Origin: Oopsacas minuta
Lineage: Eukaryota; Animalia; Porifera
DNA length: 64,000 bases
Assembly: GCA_024704765.1 (NCBI GenBank)
Contig: JAKMXF010000351.1
Span: 100,136-164,135, forward strand
Reading direction: 5' to 3'
The first letter of the stretch is position 1. Each line of letters opens with the position of its first letter. The position numbers and the translations under genes are program-made. The notes under the pieces are model-generated. The model saw nothing but the letters and a program-made list of their open reading frames with translations, was not told where the DNA came from and did not search any database. This document shows, piece by piece, positions 51,251-61,457 of this stretch.

Positions 51251-52362
51251 TAACTTTCCTTAAACGTTCCGCGGATTTTACACATGTTAAATTGCCTTAA
51301 TCCTCCTATTTTGTCAGAATCATTGAATTGCTTTTTAAATATTTTGATCACAGAATAATTATCTAACAGTCTTTCCATATTTCTGCGCTCGCTGCAAGAA
51401 AATTACTACTATAAGCACTTGTCCATGCGTATGATGAGTTGCAAGAGATCCTTCAGAATAAAACTTGACCCCTACACGATTATTTAAATATTTCTTGTCC
51501 TCAATATATAATACATATGCTCTACAATAAAGGGATTTACACTCTGCTCTAGCCAGTACCGTAACTACTTTGTGTGCCCCCCGCCTAATCAGTTTTGAGG
51601 CCCTCTTAAGAAAATCATATTTCTAAATTATGAATTATCTCAAAATAACTGAAAATCGAAAAGTATTTGAATTGGTAAACCTCAAAACACACATATACAT
51701 CATGAAATTTAGAAGGGAATAAATTCGTCCAATTACTGATTAAAGAAATCTTATGGTTCGAATCAGTAATGTACAAACTATCTCCCATAATGTGATTTCG
51801 AGATACAATTCCCTAGATTCATAACTTTCAATCTCAAAGTCAACTCCAGGGCTGATCTCTACCAATGAATGTACCCACAACGTGTTCACTTTCAACATTA
51901 CACTTAGGATTGTGAACCTGGGGAAGGGGAATTGGTTCCCTAACTAAACATTCGACACGAACAAGGTATTCCACAGTGGTTTAATAGGGCAGTTAGTAAA
52001 GAATAGCTATTTTGGTGTGAGATAGCCATATGAAATGTATTATTTACATATAGATTATTATATATAAGGAACCAATACACCTTGTCATAACAAGCATATG
52101 GCCTAAAATTTCCAAGTTATGACGTCATTCATATTTGTGAAATTTTAAATTTTCTCCAATAAATACATTTTACTCGACTTTATCGCCATGAAATCTATTG
52201 ATTTCATATGGGTTATCCGTATTTGGCAATCACCTTGAACTTAAAATTTTGTTGTAGTGCTTGTATTTATAGAGTTATGATATCTTTAGAATTATGGCGT
52301 CATACTTATGATGGAATTTATCTTATTGATTTACAAAATATACATTATATTCATACTTAAGT

Positions 52363-54596
52363 TCATGATAGGCAATCTGTATTGGAGTTTAGAGTCGTGA
52401 ATAAAGTCTGTATACAAGTTTTCTGATTGTTCATAGCATTCCAGTATTTAGATCTCGTTGTGTGTCCAGATTGATCACATCGTTCACAAGTCAAAATTCT
52501 TCGATAGTTTACTAATGTTGGATCACTTTGAGAGGTTAATCTGACGAAGATATCCATAATATTGGTCTCAAAACTAACTTTACGAGCTAGATTCTCCCGA
52601 TATTTTCTAACTAATTTGTTGCATGATTCTGTGCTTTCTTCTGAAAATGCCTTTAAGCCATAGCTAGCATTCGACTCACGTATTAACTCCTCGGAATGAG
52701 CCAAGAGCTTGTGTAGGGTTAGAGTCATGCTAGCCCAGGGGAAAGAATCTAAGATGACAAGGTAGGTATCCTTGCACAAATTCCCCAATCCCAAAGTGTT
52801 AACCTTGTGACTTGAATTGAAAACCCGAAGAATGGCTGAAAGCTGAGTATATATCTTTGATAAGATTGGGCGATATTGTGTTACTACAGTTGATAGAATG
52901 CATTCAAGGTATTCAGTATCATCAGAAAAGGTTCTTCTAGCAACATTCCCTGTTGAGGTGGTTCCACCGCTAGAATTAGGCTGGTCAACCTTTAATCCTG
53001 TCTTCTCCTGAATAAATGTTTGAAGGAATTTCATTGACTCCTTGATAACTGGTGAAGTTGGGGACCAGGTAAACTTTTCGATGCGATGATATACCAGAAA
53101 ATTGAACCACCTAAAATTTGTTTAATTATGTGAAGATAAATTCTGAATGATTAATGGAGTACTAGATTACTTACCTAAATACGCCTGTGTATGAATGAAG
53201 TGGAGATGCTGGATGTATGTTAATCTCTGAAATTGGTTGATGAGTTAAATTGAAGCGTTCATTAGTCGAAAGAGCAAAGAACGACTCAATGTCATCAATG
53301 TGCGAAAATAACTCGATTGTATCTGCAATATTTCTGTTGATGGGGAACCCTTCAAGAGCTAAATTCCGGTCCTTCAAATCTTTATGTGTGGCAGTGCACA
53401 TCTGACAACTGGCTCCTCCAGCTCCAGAGAGAATGGCTGCCAACTTCCCAACAAACATTGAGCGGATAATATCGCATTGACAACACCATTTTCTAAGGGA
53501 ATCCCATTTTACAACATCTCTTTATCGGGATTAATGATACTTTCCATAAAGGAACGAATGTTTTCTTCGCATTCTGTCACAGCGCAGAGAAAAATAGGTC
53601 TTTGAGAGAAGGGTGAATTAGGGGATTTATTCTACCAAACAATCCTGTTGTTACAGTCTGGATGGAGATGGGCTTGAAACAAAACAGAATGAAGTTTTTG
53701 GTGAAAGTATTAGTTGTCTGCTGGTTGTAGATAGTGCGACAACCAGAACCATCTAAGCCATCTGCGATTTTAAATGTGAGTGGGAATTCTTCACTTGTGG
53801 GGCGATCTACCATTGATAATATTCTTTCCAGGGTTTTCTGAACTTGAAGACAATATGGTGCGTGTATACCTATTGCTTTAGCTGGATTAGGATATAAAGT
53901 TATACTGGATCGCGAAATCTTGACATCTCTCAGATTAGCTAGCTTGTTGTAAGATGGGAATGTATATTGTCTGGTAGAAATGTTTGACGTAGTTGAGTGT
54001 ATTTTCGTCTGCCCACTTGAAGTAAATCCAGCAGGAATAAGGCTTTATCAATTGGAACATGGTTGTTACTGAGGTTACAGAATCCTCCACTGACAATAAT
54101 CTCTTTAGTAGCAACCTGACGATTATTCTCCTCATTTGCCAATAGTTGTAATGAGAGTGCTGCAATGCATATTTCTGTAGTATTGTCAATAACTGAGAGT
54201 GACTTAATGCATTCTAGCAGACTTGACAATCGATTACGCTGTTGTTGCAGAGAGAGATCATCAAGATGCTTCCTATGACTCACTGAATGAATGGGAACTT
54301 CACCATCATCCCAGAAGACGACTCTAGTAAATCAGAAACACGATTTTTCTTTAACTCAGGTTTCATGGAAATGTTAGAATGCCACCATTCTCCTTCTAAA
54401 CAATCTAAAGATCTCTTCGCCTTCTTGAATCTGTCCCGAATTCTTAACAGCAACGTTTCCAAAAGTTTTGTATTATCAGAGTCTATTCCAAAGTGTTCTT
54501 TGAAATATTTTGTCGTTCCAAAGACACACTATTATTGTCTTTCAGGATTCTTGCCAATTCAAGGCGGGACTTTGGGAATGTTAACTCTCCTGTCAT
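52363..54596 (-). pseudogene. RAG1-like/Transib transposase, frameshifted, with one intron
   Basis: NBD-like RKHLDDLSLQQQRNRLSSL. GLDGSG (D600-like), RSMFVGK (D708 position reads V), GASCQMC, PLHSY, TLHKLLAH, SEESTESCNK (E962-like), C-terminal CERCDQSGH. Confidence 0.88.
53111..53174 (-). other. 64-bp phase-2 spliceosomal intron in the transposase
   Basis: Minus strand GTAAGT...TTTTAG. Removing it joins VF-AG|G-WFN to give VFRWFN in frame. Confidence 0.82.
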
Positions 54597-56015
54597 TGTT
54601 TTCAAGAAATTCCGAAAAATATGTTGTATTATTCAGTAGATTATATATATATAAGTATCTATAATAAATTTCAAGAACGAAATTCAATACTATTTCATTC
54701 CATTGTTACAGTATACTACAATGGGTATTTCCTTGCAACGAAAAGTTGTAACGGAATGTCATTGAAAATTATAGGTTGCGCACTGTTTCGGGTTTTGTGG
54801 TTCTAGATATGTTTTTAGGAATCGTAATGCGTGTATCCGGTTAATTTTGCGCTGTTGTTTTGTGTTGTTTATTTTCCTGACACTTTAAGTATTCCTCTTT
54901 GTAAAAATTCTGTACGGATTTTACTAGATTTTAGAAATTTTATGTTCACGAAATATATACAAGATACAGTTATGGAAACAGGATATTTAGATTTAGCATA
55001 GTCGAAATGTATAAAGTATACCAGATTAGTAACATTCGATTATGTAATTGCTCCTACAGGTTCATTTGAAATTGGGCTAAATTTAGAAATCATGAAGTCG
55101 CAATTTTTCCTACAAATATTTCCCATCTTTGTTGAAGAAGTTTTACAGCTTCTAGGATCTCAATCGCTTAGATTTTTTCAATGAGAATCATTAAACAATA
55201 TAAAATGAAATATAACCATCAAATACGGAATCAATCTTTTGTCTATTCCTTGCTTCTAAACCACTGTGTATTCGAATAAACATTCTGTAAGCTGGTAATA
55301 CCATTAGTATCGAATTCCCAATACCCAACTAATGAAAATGCTCAAATTGTCTCACTTAAACAGAGATTTTTTACCAAACATTCGATAAACTAAACTATGA
55401 CCAGATTGTGTAGAACTAACCACAAAACTAACAGTGGACTACACTTAACAAAGCGATTTGCAATAAGCACCTGTAATCACATTAATGAAATAAAAACATT
55501 CATCAGTGTATTGCAAAATCCAGTTATATTTCTAGCATTAGATAACCCATATAATTTTGCGCCATCGACCCAAAACTGAGCTCAGATGTATTGAAGAAAT
55601 AAATTTTTCAGAATTTTCTTTATCAATACAATTAATTAAATAGACTCCTTCGGATTGTTATGCACGGTAAAATCAGAGGCAATTGATGCGCACCAAAAAA
55701 AACACTCTCATAACTCAAATTCAATTGTAAAAATAGGTTAACAAACTGATGAAATTGATATATTTAACACTCAGCTACCCTACTAACATCTTTATATTTA
55801 TCACCATACAATAAGTAAAATGAGGTGTTGGGATAAAACTAGATATGTTAGTCCCGACGAAATATACCATAAGATTGACGCAAAAGTTACTAGTTACGTA
55901 CGTATCTACTTGTATACACAAGAATGAAGTTTAACATTGACTCAAAATATATTACCAACAAATTTTAAAAAAAGAACAAGCGACTCCGTTGTATTTAAGG
56001 AAATTGAAATACATG

Positions 56016-56948
56016 ATACGATAGAAGGTACCTATAAATTTTGAATGTGTTCTGAAGAGAAATAACTTCAAGAATTGATCTCAAATTTATCATTCTGAAT
56101 ACACAAAGCAAACTGAGAATTTATCGATTTTTGCAGGGCATTGCTGGTGATAATTTGTAATGTTTCACGAAAATATCGATATTGTTATAAACGTCTATGT
56201 CTCAACTTTCGGTTAACATGAAAACATTGAAATTCAGTCGGATTTAGGGTAAGAAACATTAGTTTGAACTGACCCTACTTTATGTAGAATATGATTCATC
56301 CCCTACCATACACACTACCGCTTTAAAATTTGAATTCCTCTAGCTCCGCGAGTTGTTAATAATGCTTAATGAAATTTATTTTCATCGACGTCCATAGCAC
56401 CAAACTATGCATATATAATTTCACAGAATCGAATTTTGACTTTTAGGTGGGCAAATTCAAGGGAGCCGTTATACTAAAACTTTAACCAAAAAAGTGGCTA
56501 AAAGTCAAGGTTTTGATTATCAAAAGAAATTGCTTAAAACGTTCAACTCTCTTCTTTCCAATGATAGTCATTTCGCTTAAATCTGAAGAGTATAAGTGGG
56601 TCAAATTAGTGACTGAAGTGACCCTAGTCTAACTTCTTCGTTGAATTTTTCAAAATAAAATATTTCATAAAGTAATGAATATTTTTAAAAGAAATTTTAA
56701 ACACATAATCCACCAGCCCTCAATAGTAGTTGAAGAAAACTTGTAGGTCAAAATAACAATGAGAAGCCAGTCAAATAACACAGTATAGTTGACACGAATG
56801 GAAAAATTTCAAAACCTCAATACTTAGTCATCACACATATTTTGCAATTCTGATGACATTTTCGTATTCCATCAACGCTATACTTTCGAATAATACTAAG
56901 ATTTTTTCTCTAGCTTTATGGAAAGTCGGTCAATTAAACGATTGAAGT
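56016..56948 (+). repeat. Right arm of 933-bp inverted repeat
   Basis: Reverse complement of 49164-50096. Confidence 0.95.
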
Positions 56949-58829
56949 AAACACGTTTTTGAATCCTGAATTGATTGCTAACATCTTTTTTGTTCTAAAT
57001 ATTTAAATTTCACGTCAGGTATACGCATATCCATATACTTTTACTCAATTGACTATCAAGGACATACCCTAGAATCTAGTAGTTGTTTAGAAATATCACC
57101 CGAGGTCAATACTTTAGCCGGATGTGTAATTGTTGAATGGCGGATGTTTCGCCGCCTGAATGATTCACCTCCAAATTTTATGTGATATATTGGAATATTT
57201 TTGAGATCTATGAAAGTGTGAATGAGCAAATAGGTAGAAATTATTAAAATGAGAGAAGGTAATAAGGCCAAATGAAATATCGTTTGGTTTCAGAATTATT
57301 CGAAAATAATGACATATTTTCTGCTCATTTCCTTATCAAATGCGCCGATCCACCGTCCAGGGGTGGCAGATTCTATCCCCAACTCGCATGGATACGCTGG
57401 GAACTAATCTTAGCAAGAGCTCAAAACAAAATCTCTAATAGTGTAGATCAATGCACAAATACAATAGCTGTCGCTTGTTCTTACTATTATTAATACTTCC
57501 ATACCTTCTGTCGGCCTTATCAGCTTCTCCATAGGGCAACGAATTATCCGAGCGACGAAATATCAATTTACTACAGTTGTTACCAGCTAATTGCAGATTT
57601 ATAGCCAAAATATTTAAATTTTTGAGCATCCAAGATTCATGATTCTAAAGCGTAAAATTCATTTTAGTGTTTAGTATATAACATTTTAAGTGTGACCGGT
57701 ATCTAATGTAGCAGCTTGCACCCTTTGTTGATAGTGGTTTCTATCGCGGATATTATGTAACTTTATGGAACCAGGTGCTAATATTCCTGACACTTCATTT
57801 CCAAGCAGCGTGATCAGAAATTTAGAGTTTTATATGTATGTATTGTGGAAATTTATTCATTTATCTTATCAATATTTCAAACAATACACCAGAAGGAGCG
57901 CATTACCATCCTAGAAAATTCCCTGTATCAAGCTTCCATTTTGCTTCAATACTGTTAATATTTGAAAATTATACTTGTAGCACATCTGCAAATAATGATC
58001 TCCTACTGTAAGTTATCATATTACCATACACAGATTAGATAGGGGCCTATATTTGCTAACGAAAGAATTGCCTATCTTGCATTTTGTGACTATGGCGAAT
58101 TCAAAGTATTTTAGTCCGGTTGTTAAATTGAATTGAAAGAAGGAATTTATACTATATACCTTAGTATTGGGTGTTAACCTTCAACAAAATAATGCGATAG
58201 AAAATATCACTCCATGAAAACTCGAATTGGAGTAGAATATTTTCATGTACTTAAAATTAACGTGAATGAAAATTTGAAATTAATTTCCAAACCTAAATAA
58301 AGCAAATATCCAGCCGACAGACTGGTAGTGCAGCCCAGGGTTAAGTATTTTGGCTCTTTTCCGGAGGGACATCTCTCCCTCATGTTCTATCCTCAACAAA
58401 CGAAATCTCTAGCATGATTTTGAAAATACACAAAAATGTGTGAGAATATGATTAATCACCAAAAAGGTGTGAAACTTTCACGTTAGAAAGATTTTACTCC
58501 CGAATTGAATTTCCCATCCAAATGTATGTATATACTAATTTTCATGTAAATTCGATTACTAGATTCGCGTTAATTACACATAATAAGTTAACTTAATAAA
58601 TTCCAAATATGTGAATGTGAGCGCACTTTTGCTTACTCGCGCCTGTACTGCTTTGCGAACACTCATCTTTTTTGTTGTGCTCTCATTGTGCCTCGAATAC
58701 ATTTCCATAAGACAACGAATTTAGAGAGAAACATGATGTGCGAATTCATAGTACCATTGAACTTAAATATTCATCTGAGATATTTAATATAAATAGGAAT
58801 CCCACTTTCAATATTGATCGATATGAGCA

Positions 58830-59596
58830 TTTGACCCCTCGAATCGCGATGAACTCGGCGCATTGCGCATCGAGGTATCAATTAATCTCCAAATTGACGG
58901 CCCATTTGAGTATGATAATATAGATATATTTAGAACAATGTAATTCGCAAATATACGTCTATGGTATGTATGTTATTGAAATATTTTGTAAGATCAACCC
59001 CTCTTAGTAGCCGCTAAGGGAAATTATATACGTAAATTGTTTTGAATTCTATTTATTTCCTTGATCAACACGCTAATACATAGTTATGTGACAATTTCTA
59101 AATTCCATATAGCAAATCATTGCCTTGACAACGGACAAACAAACAAACAGGCAACAATTCAGATTTTATAATATAGATTATCAAATCTCAATTGTTCTGA
59201 ATTTGTTTGCTGTATGTTTGTCCGTTGTCAAGGAAAGGATTCACGGTATGCAATTTTGAAATTGTCAAATAACTATGTATTATCGTGTTTATCAAACATG
59301 CTGTATCCGATTTTCACACTTTTGGATTAATCATATTTAATTTATTGTTTGTATGAACATCAAGGAATCAATTAGCAAAATCTCTTACGTAGACACTTGC
59401 TCTCAACGACTACAAAGGAGGTTGATCTTACAAAGGAATTCAATAACATTTTTGCCATATACTTATACTTGTGAATTACATTGTTCTAAGTTTATCTATA
59501 TTATATTACTCAAAGGGGCCGTCAATTTGGAGAATAATGGAAACCTCGTTGCGCGATGCCCCGAGTTCATCGCAAAGCGACGAGCCAAAGGTTAGT
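58830..59596. mobile_element. Two Helentron/HINE-like copies joined tail-to-tail (+ 58830-59178, - 59179-59596)
   Basis: Both match copy A (1453-1916). Their 3' ends meet at ~59178. Confidence 0.65.
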
Positions 59597-60069
59597 ATGT
59601 AATGAAATTCAATTCAATTCTGAATCTATAGGCAACAACATATATTATTTTATACGTATAACGCACAGTGGCTTCACCATAGGCCTTAGAGTGAATTTTT
59701 CATCATCCCATAAGCTTTCGACAATGTTACCATTAAACCCACCATAGTCTGAAACCTGGGAATCATAATTTTATTTGTAAAATTCCTATTACTTTGTAAT
59801 CAAATGTCATGCTTAGTGGATGGCTATAATTGAATTCATTATTCATCTCTATTTTATGTTTACACATAGGCATATAATTCTCTCTATCCAAAAATAGTCA
59901 TTAGAATGACAGCTCTAAGTTTTCACCTATTATTAGTTCAGAAAATAATCTTCTCGTTATGATAAGAGCTAAATATTTCACTTTGAATATTTTCTCCATG
60001 GTTCAGCTAATTTTGACGTTATATAGTGTGTCGGACACATTATACTTTGGTCCAATTACCCCTCAAACT

Positions 60070-61457
60070 CACTGTGGCCAGTCGTGGCCAGGTAATATCA
60101 AGTTTTAGGGTGATTTGTCATGATATTATCTGTAATTTAGAACTAAATCCAGCCTCCCGCAACCTCCCGCAAATGAACACCAAGTATTTTTAATAGAGCG
60201 ACCCGTTAATTTTTAAGAATTTCAGAATATCAGCAATTCATATTATACTACTTTTATTTACCAAATTTCTAGCAAATATTTTAAATTCTAAATGAATAAC
60301 CAGGAAGCATTTGATTTTCTTCTTTCTCAACCATCAATCAGAACGGCAGTCGATTCCTTCATTCAGATATATGATCTTTCAGATGGCGAATTCTCCTCAA
60401 TTTAGAGGAGATTCAAAGAATTGAAGTCTGAACATGATGCTTTTAGTAAACGTAATGATCTATCGGTCCAGTTGTGATAGGTTTTTTGCAATGTTCTTAA
60501 GTGTAAGGAATGAGGAGGAATCGGACACACCTGCAGGCTGAAATGTACAAATTTGCTTCTCCAGAGTATCGATCAAGACATACTATTTAATTCTTTAATA
60601 TTTGAGTAGCGTCTTGCTTTCTATCTTCAACTTCCATACAAATAGTTTTCGAAAGCGGTCAAAGGCAAGGTACATTGAACCTTGTGGGGACCTCTGTCCG
60701 AGGCTATTCAAGCAACGCAATCCCAATCATAGCGAGCCCAGATAATGGAAACGCGACCCGCAACGGCATCTCCCCAGTGGCGAAAACGTTAAGTAACTCT
60801 GATCCATCTGAAGTGTATTGCGGAAAAGGCGACGCAACTGAGGAGTCCATGCCAGGACAAACACTTGGGTCGCAATAAGGCTACAATAGTTTTATTTTAA
60901 TTTACAAGATAATTAACCGTCAGGTATTAAGAACATGCAAAGTGTCCAAGTCACCCTAAAATTCCAAAATTTCAATTTTTTCACTTCATACATAAAATTG
61001 CTATTGCCGTAATAATATACAGCAAAAGAAAGTTAAATTGATAATCTAGACACTTTACCCCTTGGTACATAATTTTAGTGTAAACTCTTTACCTAAATAC
61101 CTGAAATAACACAGATATTTCAGGAATTCAACTTTTATAATTTTGCTTACGTCATCATAACAAGAATAATAGAAGCCATATGAATACTCAATCTGGTCAA
61201 TCTACTATAAATTGTGATTACCCATTAGTAAATAATATATTGTATACCCTATCTCCAACCTAAATAGATTTACGCTGGTTTATGTTTCACAAATTTTGCT
61301 TAGGTCATCATAACTCAAAAATAGAAGCCATACCAAAAATATTTTGCTGTCAATCTACTAGTTATATGCAATAACCCATAGATACATAATACATTTTATG
61401 CACTTTAAATGTACCCAAGACCCTAAAGCCTACGGATAGCCATTTAAAGCCACTGTG
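60070..61457 (+). mobile_element. Putative internally deleted Transib-like element
   Basis: Ends CACTGTGGC / reverse complement CACAGTGGC, each followed by TGGC and TTTAGGGT. Subterminal TTCACAAAT..GTCAT..ATAAC motifs like those at 52080-52150. Flanks AAACT/TAACG match only 3/5. Confidence 0.55.

Larger units (their letters stand above)
51972..55268 (-). mobile_element. RAG1-like Transib transposon with RSS-heptamer termini
   Basis: Both ends begin CACAGTGGTTTA (12-bp perfect IR). Perfect 5-bp TSD TATTC (51967-71, 55269-73). RAG1-like transposase on the minus strand. Confidence 0.93.

Noticed and set aside
18340-55268. NF-kB + integrin + RAG1-like as a functional immune gene cluster
   Set aside because: The RAG1-like gene is a broken transposon with a TSD, and there are no dispersed gene segments with RSS pairs. 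Proximity is explained by TE density.
50100-58000. RAG2-like (kelch/PHD) partner near the RAG1-like gene
   Set aside because: No room inside the TIRs, and no kelch-like or PHD-like ORF recognisable in the flanks.
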